A DNA stretch of 29,689 bases, from positions 1-29,689 of the IMG/VR virus record IMGVR_UViG_3300037722_000033. One strand, written 5' to 3'. The DNA comes from a virus. Taxonomy: Duplodnaviria; Caudoviricetes. Made by a program: the position numbers and the translations under genes. How positions within the stretch are numbered: position 1 is the first letter of the stretch; every line of letters starts with the position of its first letter. Below are positions 1 to 9,346 of the stretch, in pieces. Under the pieces are notes generated by a model. That model did no database searches. It was not told the origin of the DNA and worked only from the letters and a program-made list of their open reading frames with translations.

Positions 1-77
1 GTTTACGATGACCACCGCGGCCCTCGAGCAAAAAGTCACTTTTCGACCCGTTTTAACCTTCGGGTGGCAGAGCCCCC

Positions 78-659
78 ATGGCCCGCTGGATCTCACGCTC
101 AGAACATGCCCGCCGGCTCGACATCACGCCAGCCGCTGTCACGAAGCACGCGAGAAGCGCGCCGGACGACTCGCTGCGGGGCGATGACATCGACGCCGAC
201 CACCCGTACTGGGTCGATCACGCCGAAAGAAAATTCAGGCCGCGAGCCAAGAAGCCCGCGCCGAGGAAACTCGAGCGTCCCGAGGACTACCTCGACCTGA
301 CGATCCGTGAGATCGCTGAACGCTTCGAGACGGACCCGCACGCGCCCGTTGCGTTTCGCGAGTACGTCGACATCCAAAAGAAGCTCGAGGATACGCGCAA
401 GACGCGCCTCGACAACGACGAGACCGAACGCGAGCTGATTCGTCGCCAGCTCGTGGCGACCCACGTCTTCGGTGCGCAGGAGGGACTACACCGGCGGCTC
501 TTGGGCGACGCGATCAGGACCATGGCGGCGCGCAGCAGTGCGGCCGCAAAGTCCGGCCAGGATCTTCACGAGATTGAAACGATGATGCGCGAGGTCGTCA
601 TGCGGCTGCTGGAGCCGGTGCGGATGCGCTTCGAGAAGATCCTCCAGCCGGATGACTGA
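78..659 (+). CDS. terS: Terminase small subunit (Nu1-like, N-terminal HTH)
   Basis: N-terminal ISRSEHARRLDITPAAVTKH helix-turn-helix-like segment, helical C-terminus, overlaps the TerL start. Confidence 0.75.
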   Translation: MARWISRSEHARRLDITPAAVTKHARSAPDDSLRGDDIDADHPYWVDHAERKFRPRAKKPAPRKLERPEDYLDLTIREIAERFETDPHAPVAFREYVDIQKKLEDTRKTRLDNDETERELIRRQLVATHVFGAQEGLHRRLLGDAIRTMAARSSAAAKSGQDLHEIETMMREVVMRLLEPVRMRFEKILQPDD

Positions 660-2676
660 GCCGCGACGCCTCGCGTTCGAGGCAGATCAACGCCGCTGGC
701 TGGCGGCGCAGTTCAAGGCCCTGACGACGGAACTGCGTGTGCCGCTCCCGAGCGAATGGGCAGAGGCGAACCGGTACCTCCCCGCGTCCGTCACGTCGAT
801 GCCGGGGCCATACAGCTTCGGCGTCGCGCCGTACCTGCGCGAGATCGTCGACTGCCTGCGAGAGGACTCCTCGGTCCGCGAGCTGACGTGGATGAAGGGC
901 GCGCAGATCTGCGCGACCACGGGCGTCATCGAAAACCTCGTCGGCTACTACATGGACGCCGTCGGGCACGCGCCCATGATGCTCGTGACGGCGGACCAGG
1001 ATCTCGCGCAACAGCGCGTCGACCTGAACATCACGCCGATGATCCAAGCGTCGGGGCTGGAGCGACTCATCCGATCGACGGACGAGAAGAACGCCCGCAA
1101 GACCGGCAAGACCGCGAAGAAGATCGAATGGATCGGCGGCGGGTTCCTCATCCCGCTCGGTGCGCAGAACGCGAACAAGCTCCGGTCGACGTCGATTCAG
1201 ATCCTGCTTCGGGACGAGATTGACGCTTGGCCCATGGTCGTCGGCAAGGACGGCGACCCCCTGAAACTTTCGGCCGCAAGAACGGCCGGCTTCGAGGCGC
1301 AGCGCAAGATCGTCGACTTGTCCACGCCGACGGTGAAGGGCCAATCGAAGATCGAGGAGCGGTTTCGTCGCGGCGATCAGCGGTACTACTTCGTGAGGTG
1401 CTTGGGCTGTGGGCACCCGCAGACTCTACGGTGGCGGAGGAACAACCCAGAGACGGGCGAGATCACCGGGATCGTCTGGGAGCTCGATGAGCACGGCACG
1501 CTCAAGCCCGACTCGGTCCGCTACCTGTGCGAAGCGTGCGGGCACCCGCACACGAACGACGACAAGACGCGACTGCTCGACCCCGGGCGCGGCGCCGAGT
1601 GGCGACCGACGGCGGTACCGGCAGACGCCCATCATCGCAGCTACCACCTGAGCGCGCTCTACAGCCCCGTCGGGATGCAGACGTGGGCGTCATGCGTGCT
1701 GCATTGGCTCGACGCCTGGGACGTGGAGCACAACCGCGCTCGCGACAACGGGCGCCTCCAAGCCTTCTACAACAACGTCCTCGGCGAGACCTTCGAGATC
1801 CGCGGCGAAAAGCTCAGGTTCGACAACGTCTCGCCGCACCGCCGGAGCTGGTATCGCTTCGGCGAGATCCCGAACAAGAAAGCCGAGCAGCACTGCGGGA
1901 GCCACGTGCTCGTGCTCACCGGCGCGGTGGACGTCCACAAGGACAACCTCGCCGTAGCAGTGTGGGGCTGGTGCCGCGAGCGACGGCCGATCCTGATCGA
2001 CTACTGGCGCCTCGAAGGCGACACCGAGCAGCTCGACAATCCCTCGACATGGGGGCGGCTTCGGGAGCTCGTCGAGTCGCACGAGTACGTCGCCGACGAC
2101 GAGCGCGTGTACAAAATCGAGCTGACGCTGGTCGATTCTGGCTACCGCGCGGACCACGTCTACCAGTTCGCCGCCGAGTACGACGCGGGCGTCTTGCCTG
2201 TGAAGGGCAAAGAGGCGCCGGCGAAGGGCGCGCTCGTTAAAGAGTTTCATCCGTTCACTACGCCGATGGGCACGCGCGCGTACGGCGTGACCGTCGACAT
2301 GTACAAGGATCGGTGGAGCGCTGCTCTTCGCCGCGGGTGGGACGGGATGGGCATTCAGCCGCCCTTCCACTTCAACGCGCCCAGCAACGTCACCGACAAG
2401 CAGCTCCGAGAGCTCACCGCCGAAACGAAGCGGGAGCGCGTCGAGCAGACCACGAAGAAGCGCATTGGCTGGGAGTGGCATCGCCCGAGCGGCGCCGCGA
2501 ACGAGCTCTGGGACTTGCTGGTGTACGGGGGCGCCGCCTTCGACATCGTCGCGTGGGACGCATGCGTAAACCAACTCGGGCTCGAGTGGACCAACTTCCG
2601 AGCTTTCTACGACCTGTGCACGCAGCCTTCGAACGCGAGGGACCCGAAGCGAAAGCCTTTCTACAGGGATCCGTAA
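652..2676 (+). CDS. terL: Terminase large subunit, lambda GpA family
   Basis: PSEWAEANRYLP and APYLREIVDCL at the N-terminus; deviant Walker A KGAQICAT; Walker B ILLRDEID; STPT motif; CxxC pairs CLGC/CEAC; nuclease motifs AVDVHKD, VDSGY, NELWDLLVY. Confidence 0.96.
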   Translation: MTEPRRLAFEADQRRWLAAQFKALTTELRVPLPSEWAEANRYLPASVTSMPGPYSFGVAPYLREIVDCLREDSSVRELTWMKGAQICATTGVIENLVGYYMDAVGHAPMMLVTADQDLAQQRVDLNITPMIQASGLERLIRSTDEKNARKTGKTAKKIEWIGGGFLIPLGAQNANKLRSTSIQILLRDEIDAWPMVVGKDGDPLKLSAARTAGFEAQRKIVDLSTPTVKGQSKIEERFRRGDQRYYFVRCLGCGHPQTLRWRRNNPETGEITGIVWELDEHGTLKPDSVRYLCEACGHPHTNDDKTRLLDPGRGAEWRPTAVPADAHHRSYHLSALYSPVGMQTWASCVLHWLDAWDVEHNRARDNGRLQAFYNNVLGETFEIRGEKLRFDNVSPHRRSWYRFGEIPNKKAEQHCGSHVLVLTGAVDVHKDNLAVAVWGWCRERRPILIDYWRLEGDTEQLDNPSTWGRLRELVESHEYVADDERVYKIELTLVDSGYRADHVYQFAAEYDAGVLPVKGKEAPAKGALVKEFHPFTTPMGTRAYGVTVDMYKDRWSAALRRGWDGMGIQPPFHFNAPSNVTDKQLRELTAETKRERVEQTTKKRIGWEWHRPSGAANELWDLLVYGGAAFDIVAWDACVNQLGLEWTNFRAFYDLCTQPSNARDPKRKPFYRDP

Positions 2677-2697
2677 CCAACGAACGAGCGTGACGCG

Positions 2698-2958
2698 ATG
2701 ACGTGCACCGATACCACCTGGCTCAACGCACGTCTCGAGAAGACTAAGACGCTCATCGAGGCATACGAGGACGCGATCGAAGCGCTCTCGACCGGCGCGG
2801 TGCAGTCCTACCAGCTCGACACCGGGCAGACGCGACAGCTCGTCACGAAGGCGAGCCTCACCTCGCTCATGAAGACGCTGGACGCCCTCGAGAATCGCTA
2901 CTCCACCCTGCAGGCGCGACTGGGATGCGCACGCACCGTGGGAAGGCCGGCGTACTGA
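2698..2958 (+). CDS. Head-tail adaptor, gpW-like
   Basis: 86 aa helix-hairpin-helix pattern (AYEDAIEALSTGAVQSYQLDTGQ...LMKTLDALENR) between TerL and portal, as for lambda W. Confidence 0.75.
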   Translation: MTCTDTTWLNARLEKTKTLIEAYEDAIEALSTGAVQSYQLDTGQTRQLVTKASLTSLMKTLDALENRYSTLQARLGCARTVGRPAY

Positions 2959-4655
2959 TGGAGGCGTTCGAGGACGCCTACGCTCGATACGCGGAGCACG
3001 ATCCGACGGGCGTACAACCGTTTCCGCAGCGACGCGAGTGGCACAGGCATAACATTCTGGCGAGCTCGCTGCCGCAGGCACCGATCCGCTACACGAGCGA
3101 CGACGGCGAAAAGTTCCCCGGTGGCTACGGCCCGACCAGCGTTCTGTGGACCGACTACTGGACGCTCCGGGCGCGGTCGAGCGATCTCTTCGAGCGTAAC
3201 CTCTACGCGCGCGGGCTGATTCGTCGGCTCATCACGAACGAGATCAACGTCGGGCTCCACCTGGAAGCCACGCCCGAGGAACGCATTCTCGGGCTCGAGG
3301 AAGACGCGCTTGCGGACTGGGCCGAGGATGTCGAGAATCGTTTCGCGATCTGGGGCGCAGACGGCGAACTGTGCGACGCTGCGATGCGCGCCAGCTTCGG
3401 CGAGCTCCAAGCCGAGGCGCGCCGCGAGGCACTGATCTCCGGCGACGTCCTGGTGGTGCTGCGGCAAGACGCGCGCACCCACCTCCCGCGCGTGCAGCTC
3501 GTCCGCGGCGACGCCGTACAGACGCCGCTGTTCAACGACGCACGATTCAACCAGCGGTTGCCGAACGGCAACCGGATCGTCCACGGCGTGGAGATCGACG
3601 AAGCCGGACGGCACGTCGCTTTTTGGATTCGTCAGCACACCAACTCCGACCCGCTCGCGCTGAAGTCGCAGCGGCTGCCGGCGGTGGGTCCGCGCTCCGG
3701 CAAGCGCATCGCGTGGCTCGTGTACGGCTGCGACAAGCGCCTCGAGCAGACCCGCGGCAAGCCACTCCTTTCGCTCGTTCTGCAGTCACTGAACGAGATC
3801 GACAAGTACCGCGACAGCACCCAGCGCAAGGCCGCGCTGAACAGCATGTACGCGATGTTCGTTCAGAAGGAAGTCGCAGCGCCTGGCACGCGGCCACTCA
3901 CTGGTGGCGCCATCCGTCGCGGCACCGAGCAGGCGTACGACACCACCGGGACCCTGCGGACGTTCAACGTCAGCGAGCACATCCCGGGCGTCATCATCGA
4001 CGAGCTGCAGGTCGGCGAAACCCCGAAGGCGTTCCCGAGCACGGGCACCGACGAGAAGTTCGGCGACTTCGAGGAAGCCATCATTCAAGCGGTGGCATGG
4101 GCGAACGAGGTCCCGCCCGAGATCCTGCGGCTCACGTTCTCGAACAACTATTCGGCATCGCAGGCCGCGATCAACGAATTCAAAATCTACCTGAACCCGG
4201 TCCGAACGCACTTCGGTAAGAACTTCTGCCAACCCATCTACGTCGAGTGGCTGGTCTCGGAAGTGCTCGCTGGCCGCGTCGACGCTCCGGGCTTCCTGGA
4301 TGCGTGGCGGCAGTGGGCGCTTTTCGATCGACTCGCCGCATGGACACACGCTGACTGGTCGGGACACATCAAGCCAGCGGTCGACATGTCGAAGCTGGTG
4401 GTGGGCTACGAGCGCCAGGTCAAGGCGGGATTCATCACCCGTGACCGCGCAAGCCGAGAGCTGAACGGAACGAAGTACTCGAAGAACGTCCAGAAGCTCG
4501 CGCGCGAGAACGAGCAACTTGCCGAGGCTCTTCGTCCGATGCTCGAGCTCGAGGCCGAACTGAAGGCGCAGTCAGCTCCCGCACCGGCAGAGCCGGCAGG
4601 GCGCGACGCCGCCCAAGGCGCAACCATCCGCGCGCTCCCGCAGCGAGCAACCTGA
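2958..4655 (+). CDS. Portal protein, lambda family
   Basis: LRARSSDLFERNLYARG, RIVHGVEIDEAGRHVAFWI, QTRGKPLL and NYSASQAAINE motifs. Start placed at ATG 2958, overlapping the upstream TGA (TGATG). Confidence 0.95.
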   Translation: MEAFEDAYARYAEHDPTGVQPFPQRREWHRHNILASSLPQAPIRYTSDDGEKFPGGYGPTSVLWTDYWTLRARSSDLFERNLYARGLIRRLITNEINVGLHLEATPEERILGLEEDALADWAEDVENRFAIWGADGELCDAAMRASFGELQAEARREALISGDVLVVLRQDARTHLPRVQLVRGDAVQTPLFNDARFNQRLPNGNRIVHGVEIDEAGRHVAFWIRQHTNSDPLALKSQRLPAVGPRSGKRIAWLVYGCDKRLEQTRGKPLLSLVLQSLNEIDKYRDSTQRKAALNSMYAMFVQKEVAAPGTRPLTGGAIRRGTEQAYDTTGTLRTFNVSEHIPGVIIDELQVGETPKAFPSTGTDEKFGDFEEAIIQAVAWANEVPPEILRLTFSNNYSASQAAINEFKIYLNPVRTHFGKNFCQPIYVEWLVSEVLAGRVDAPGFLDAWRQWALFDRLAAWTHADWSGHIKPAVDMSKLVVGYERQVKAGFITRDRASRELNGTKYSKNVQKLARENEQLAEALRPMLELEAELKAQSAPAPAEPAGRDAAQGATIRALPQRAT

Positions 4656-4661
4656 GGTCGA

Positions 4662-5963
4662 ATGAACAACTGGTCTTTCATCGTCCGCGGCGAAGGCACG
4701 GACACGCTCGAGATCGACGTCTACGACGTCATCGGGGACAGTTGGTTCGGCGGCGTCAGCGCGCGGAGCGTCCGCGATGCGATCAAGAACTCGCCCGGCG
4801 CGAAGTCGATCGGCGTCCGCATCAACTCGGGCGGCGGCGACGTCATCGAGGCATTCGCCATCTACAACCTGCTCGTGCAGCACAAGGCGCCGGTCATGGT
4901 CGACGTCGACGGGCTCGCCGCATCGGCGGCATCCGTCATCGCCATGGCGGGCGACACCATCCGCATGGGCGGCAACGCCTGGATGATGATCCACAACCCG
5001 TGGATGATGAGCATGGGGGAGTCGGACGATCTCCGGAAGCACGCCGACTTTCTCGACAAGATTCGAACGCAGATCGCCAGCGTCTACGAAGCGCGCACAG
5101 GCATGTCGCAAGACGAAGTCCTCGCGCTCATGGACGCCGAGACATGGATGACGGCGGGCGAAGCCAAAGAGAAGGGCTTCGCAACGGACGTGGTTCCGCT
5201 CAAAGGAAAAGACGGCGCGACGGCAAATGCGTCACGCAGCCTCTCGGTCGCATTCGCGTCCCTTCGGCCGGACGAATACCGGAACATGCCGGAGGAGGTG
5301 CGCGCGCGCGCAAGCGACGCGCGCGCCGTTCACGAGGCACTGCCGAAGGTGTTCAAGGGCAGCAAGGCCGAGTGGGATCGCTTGGTAGACACCTACGAGG
5401 GAATGGTCGCCACGGGGTCTCTCGCTCGCTACCGACACCCACGAGTCGGCGATGACGTCGCGGGGTTTGTCCCCGCCCAACCACATCGGGAGCCCAGCTC
5501 CCCAGCAAACGACAGCACTTCGCCCGCCGAGACCGGCGGCGCTGCAAACAGGAGCACGACGATCATGAACGAGGAACAGTTCCGGGCGCAGCACCCCGAG
5601 CTCTACGCCGCGGTGTTCGAGAAGGGCAAGGCCGAGGGCAACAAGTCCGGTGCCGAGGCGGGACGGGATGCAGAGCGCAAGCGCGTACTCGCACACCTGA
5701 AGCTCGCCGCGACCACGGGCGCAACGAAGGTGGCGCACGACGCCATCGCATCGGGCGCAAGCACTCTCGACGAGGAGGTCCACGCCTCCTACATGGCCGC
5801 CGCACTCGACCGCCGAGAGGTGGCCGCGCGACAGGAAGACTCGAGCGCCGCCGTCGCAGCCATCGCCGGCGCCGCGCCGACGGGAGCTCCCGCAGGCCAA
5901 GCCGCCGACCTCGGCGATCACATCATGGCGCTCGCGCAGCAAGAGGGCGGCATCGGCGCCTGA
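4662..5963 (+). CDS. Head maturation protease (ClpP-like) fused to a C-terminal scaffold domain
   Basis: INSGGGDV, DGLAASAASVIAMAG (catalytic Ser), MIHNPW (His), ETWMTAGEA; Ala-rich helical C-terminal extension. Confidence 0.93.
   Translation: MNNWSFIVRGEGTDTLEIDVYDVIGDSWFGGVSARSVRDAIKNSPGAKSIGVRINSGGGDVIEAFAIYNLLVQHKAPVMVDVDGLAASAASVIAMAGDTIRMGGNAWMMIHNPWMMSMGESDDLRKHADFLDKIRTQIASVYEARTGMSQDEVLALMDAETWMTAGEAKEKGFATDVVPLKGKDGATANASRSLSVAFASLRPDEYRNMPEEVRARASDARAVHEALPKVFKGSKAEWDRLVDTYEGMVATGSLARYRHPRVGDDVAGFVPAQPHREPSSPANDSTSPAETGGAANRSTTIMNEEQFRAQHPELYAAVFEKGKAEGNKSGAEAGRDAERKRVLAHLKLAATTGATKVAHDAIASGASTLDEEVHASYMAAALDRREVAARQEDSSAAVAAIAGAAPTGAPAGQAADLGDHIMALAQQEGGIGA
5565..5963 (+). CDS. 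Probable nested in-frame scaffolding protein (Nu3-like)
   Basis: In-frame ATG at 5565 preceded by AGGAG at 5550-5554; product begins MNEEQFRAQHPELYAAVFEKGKAEG...AERKRV, a typical scaffold pattern. Confidence 0.65.
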   Translation: MNEEQFRAQHPELYAAVFEKGKAEGNKSGAEAGRDAERKRVLAHLKLAATTGATKVAHDAIASGASTLDEEVHASYMAAALDRREVAARQEDSSAAVAAIAGAAPTGAPAGQAADLGDHIMALAQQEGGIGA

Positions 5964-5993
5964 TAGGCGACGAACGCTCGAAAGGGAACCACC

Positions 5994-6410
5994 ATGGCCA
6001 ACGCAACTTTCACCGACATCGACGTCGGAGAGGTCGTCATCGAAGAGGGCGGCATCCGAGACGAGACCCTGAATCTCTCGACCGGAGCCGTTCATCCGAA
6101 GGGCACCATCCTCGCTCGCAACACGGACACGCTGAAGATGCAGCTCTACGCCAAGGGTGGCTCGAGCAACGGCAACGGCGTGCCCGTCGCCATCCTGCCC
6201 GAAGCGCTCGACGGCGCCAGCGGCGACAACCGAGTCCGTCCGATGTTCACCGGCAAGGTGAACCGCTTCCGGCTCGTCATCGCCGCCGACGGCGACGACT
6301 CGAACGTCGACGCCACGGTGCTCGACCTGCTTCAGCAGGTCGGGATCTTCGCGGTCGACGTGACGCAACTCGACAAGGACGACAACCCGCAGCCCGGAGG
6401 CGACTCCTGA
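5994..6410 (+). CDS. Head decoration protein (lambda gpD-like position)
   Basis: 138 aa between protease and capsid genes; GTILAR, NGNGVPVAIL and GKVNRFRLV patterns; purine-rich AAGGGA upstream. Confidence 0.8.
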   Translation: MANATFTDIDVGEVVIEEGGIRDETLNLSTGAVHPKGTILARNTDTLKMQLYAKGGSSNGNGVPVAILPEALDGASGDNRVRPMFTGKVNRFRLVIAADGDDSNVDATVLDLLQQVGIFAVDVTQLDKDDNPQPGGDS

Positions 6411-6416
6411 TCTGCT

Positions 6417-6540
6417 GACCGCGCGTCGCCGGCGAGAGCCGAGTTCGACGCGCGGTCCCACCCCAACTCCGAGGGTCACCGAGCGTCTCTGGACGCGCCG
6501 AAGGGCGCGGCTTCGGGGGTGCAGAGGTGCGCCTCTGCAC
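6417..6540 (+). promoter_or_regulatory. Structured intergenic leader upstream of the major capsid gene
   Basis: 12-bp inverted repeat 6417-6428/6446-6457 enclosing CGGC-GAGA-GCCG; hairpin CGCGCC-GAAG-GGCGCG 6494-6509; 9-bp hairpin GTGCAGAGG-TGCG-CCTCTGCAC 6519-6540. Confidence 0.6.
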
Positions 6541-6559
6541 GACCAGAAGGAACACGACC

Positions 6560-7645
6560 ATGTCCGACGCAAGCACCAACTGGATGATCGAGCAGTACGT
6601 CGAAGAGGCCAGCGCACCCGGCTTTCTCTCGTCGTTCTTCCAGTCCCCGCGCATGAACTTCCACGACTCCGAACACGTGGAGTTCGACGTCATCCGCGAC
6701 GACGAAGAGATCGCGGTGCCGATTCAAGGCATCAACTCCGGCGCGCGCGAAAACGAGGTGACGGTCTACACGAACAAGAACTTCACGCCCCCCGTCTACA
6801 ACGAGGAGCTGAATGTCTCGGCGTACAACCTCATCAAGCGACAGCCGGGCGAGGACCCGTTCGCGCGACCCGACTTCGGACTCGCCGCGCTCCGCGAGAC
6901 GTTTCGCGGCGCACGGAAGCTCGAACGCAAGATCCGGCGCGGCATCGAGGTGCAGGCGTCGCAGGTGCTGCAGACCGGCGTGCTCACGCTCGTCGATGCA
7001 GCCGGCGCGACGGTCTACACGCTCGACTTCCAGCCGAAGGCGACGCACCTCGTCACGGCCGGCACGGCGTGGGCGGTGAACGGATCGACTGGGACGCCGC
7101 TCATCGACATCGACAACTTGGGTCGCGTCGTGCGCCGAGACGGCAAGCGCAACCCCGACACGCTCATCTTCGGACAGAGCGCGCGCCAGAGGTTCATGGC
7201 GAACACCGAGGTCAAGGCACAGCTCGACAACCTGCGGATGGACGTGGGGATGATCATGCCGCAGGCGCAGCTCGACACCGGAGCCACCCACTTCGGGCGC
7301 TTCAAGATCGGGTCGTACGCCTACGACCTGTGGGAGTACGACGGCTCGTTCGTGCACCCGCAGACGGGCGAGACCACCGACTTCGTCGACACGAACAAGG
7401 TGATCATGCTCGCCAGGGGCGCGCGTCGCGATCTCACCTTCGGCTCGATCCCGCTGCTCGGTGACCCCGACCCGCGCGTGATGCCGTTCCTTCCCCCGCG
7501 CATCACGAGCGTCGAGCGGCAACTGGCGCTCACCATGAACGCCTACATCACGCAGGATCGGCAGGCGCTCAAGGTGCGCATGGGCACCCGGCCGCTGTGT
7601 ATCCCCACGGCGATCGACTGCCACGCCTGCCTGACGGTGGCGTGA
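6560..7645 (+). CDS. Major capsid protein, lambda gpE-like
   Basis: FLSSFF, VEFDVIRDDEEIA, KIRRGIEVQASQVLQTG, DFQPKATH, LWEYDGSF and RPLCIPT motifs. ATG 6560 follows AGAAGGA. Confidence 0.93.
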   Translation: MSDASTNWMIEQYVEEASAPGFLSSFFQSPRMNFHDSEHVEFDVIRDDEEIAVPIQGINSGARENEVTVYTNKNFTPPVYNEELNVSAYNLIKRQPGEDPFARPDFGLAALRETFRGARKLERKIRRGIEVQASQVLQTGVLTLVDAAGATVYTLDFQPKATHLVTAGTAWAVNGSTGTPLIDIDNLGRVVRRDGKRNPDTLIFGQSARQRFMANTEVKAQLDNLRMDVGMIMPQAQLDTGATHFGRFKIGSYAYDLWEYDGSFVHPQTGETTDFVDTNKVIMLARGARRDLTFGSIPLLGDPDPRVMPFLPPRITSVERQLALTMNAYITQDRQALKVRMGTRPLCIPTAIDCHACLTVA

Positions 7646-8247
7646 TGAGCGTCAGCGGAGCGGACCCCCGCACGAATCGCGAGCTCGTCGAAACGATCGG
7701 CGAGCTTGCGGCGGAGTTGGGCGAGGAACAGCCGGACACAAGCCGGCTCGGGAAAGCCTCGCTCGTGAAGCTGCTCGAGGACCTCGAGTCCCGAGCGGCG
7801 AGCTCGGGCGCTGCGCCGCCGCCGGAAGAGGGCTCGGTCAAGGACGCCGAATCGGCGTCCGCCGCCGACGTCGCGACGGAGCCCGATGCGGCAACCGTGC
7901 CCAGGGCGAAGGAGCGCGCCACCGCGAAGGCAGCGGCGCAGATCAAAGCCGTTCGCCCGCCACTGCCGCCCATCGATGGCGCTGGCATCCCGACCCAGGG
8001 CGGTCCTCCGCCCCCGCCGCGCGCCGCTCTCCCGAAGGTCAAGCACGAGTTTCAGATCGCGCCACGGACGTCGATCGCATGCACCCATGCGGGTGTACTC
8101 GGTCCCGGGAAGGGCGTTCCCCAGGGAGCGTTCAGCGACGACGCCGCGATGGACCGGCGTCAACTCGAAACCCACGTCCGCGCCGGCCGCATCATCGGGC
8201 CCGGCGCCGATCGTCTTCTTGCCGAGCTGAGCAAGCGCGAGGCGTGA
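7645..8247 (+). CDS. Possible DNA packaging chaperone, gpFI-like (two small domains joined by an Ala/Pro linker)
   Basis: Directly after the capsid gene (TGATG overlap). N-terminal TNRELVETIGELAAELG...GKASLVKLLEDLE resembles the helical N-domain of lambda FI. Confidence 0.55.
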   Translation: MSVSGADPRTNRELVETIGELAAELGEEQPDTSRLGKASLVKLLEDLESRAASSGAAPPPEEGSVKDAESASAADVATEPDAATVPRAKERATAKAAAQIKAVRPPLPPIDGAGIPTQGGPPPPPRAALPKVKHEFQIAPRTSIACTHAGVLGPGKGVPQGAFSDDAAMDRRQLETHVRAGRIIGPGADRLLAELSKREA

Positions 8248-8251
8248 CGCC

Positions 8252-8644
8252 GTGGGGCTCCGCGAAATCGCGGCGGCCGACAACGCGACCATCCTCGAAG
8301 ACCTCGACGGCTTCGGCTGGCCCGTGTCGGTCACGTCGCCCGAGAACGTCACTGCCGATCTCGTCGGCTTCACCACCGACGTCGGCACGAAGATCGATCC
8401 CGAAACCGGGATGATGATCACGGGGCGCACCGCCGAGGTGTCGCTCCGGATCGACTCCTGCGAGACCGCGTTCAGCTCCGTCCCGCGCGGCGTGGCCGAG
8501 AGCGACTCGCGCCCGTGGGTGGTCGAGTTCGCCGACGCGAACGGTCACGCGCACACGTTCAAGGTCTTCGAGGCGATGGTCGATCGCGCCCTCGGGCTCG
8601 TTGTCTGCCGTCTCGAAAAGTACAGCCGGCCCGGTGATTCGTGA
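8252..8644 (+). CDS. Head closure or head-tail joining protein (FII-like position)
   Basis: 130 aa, beta-rich, located between head and tail genes; GTG start. Confidence 0.6.
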   Translation: MGLREIAAADNATILEDLDGFGWPVSVTSPENVTADLVGFTTDVGTKIDPETGMMITGRTAEVSLRIDSCETAFSSVPRGVAESDSRPWVVEFADANGHAHTFKVFEAMVDRALGLVVCRLEKYSRPGDS

Positions 8645-9345
8645 GCGCGCAGATCACGACGCTCATCACGGGGCCCGACAACTTCGAGGCGCTGCGAGAC
8701 GAGATCGCCGCAATCATCGCGCTCGAATCCGAGGGCCAGCAAGACCTGGCAGCGGCTGAAGATCCACCACTCGATCCAGCGCCGTGGAAGCTCCGCGTGT
8801 TCACGGAGCGCCTGCGACCGTGGGCGTTCTTCGCCGACGCGCCCGATCAGGACCACGTCGACGCGACGCCGATCGTCAACGTCTGGTTCGACAACGCCTC
8901 GATCGTGATGGCCGGCTCGAACACCATCGAGCGGCAAAAGATGCTCGGCGTCTTCCACGTCGACGTCTACGGCTACGGCGAGAGCGCCGAGACCGAAGAG
9001 TACGAGGGTGCGGGCCACATCAGCGGCGATGAGAAGGCCGCGACGGAAGCACACCGCGCCGCGCGTCTCGTGCGCCAGATTCTCATGGCGGGCCAATACA
9101 CCTACCTCGGATTGCGAGGCACGGTGGCGCGCCGCTGGGTTCAGTCGCTCACGACGCTGAAGCCACCCGAAGACAACGTGTCCGTGCAGAACGTTCAGGC
9201 GGTCCGCCTCGCGCTGCACGTCGAGTTCAACGAGTTCTCTCCGCAATACCAGCCGGAGACGCTGCAACTCCTGAGTCTCACCGCGAAGCGCGCGGTGACT
9301 GGCCAGGTCTACTTCACTGCCAAGTTCGAGAGCGAGGACAGTTGA
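8641..9345 (+). CDS. Tail completion or terminator (neck) protein
   Basis: 234 aa directly before the sheath gene; GTGA overlap; PIVNVWFD and FHVDVYGYG beta-strand patterns. Function assigned by position. Confidence 0.6.
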   Translation: MSAQITTLITGPDNFEALRDEIAAIIALESEGQQDLAAAEDPPLDPAPWKLRVFTERLRPWAFFADAPDQDHVDATPIVNVWFDNASIVMAGSNTIERQKMLGVFHVDVYGYGESAETEEYEGAGHISGDEKAATEAHRAARLVRQILMAGQYTYLGLRGTVARRWVQSLTTLKPPEDNVSVQNVQAVRLALHVEFNEFSPQYQPETLQLLSLTAKRAVTGQVYFTAKFESEDS

Positions 9346-9346
9346 G

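Noticed and set aside
892-921. TerL Walker A variant KGAQICAT as a sign of an inactive terminase
   Set aside because: GpA-family Walker A motifs are already deviant and all other ATPase and nuclease motifs are intact.
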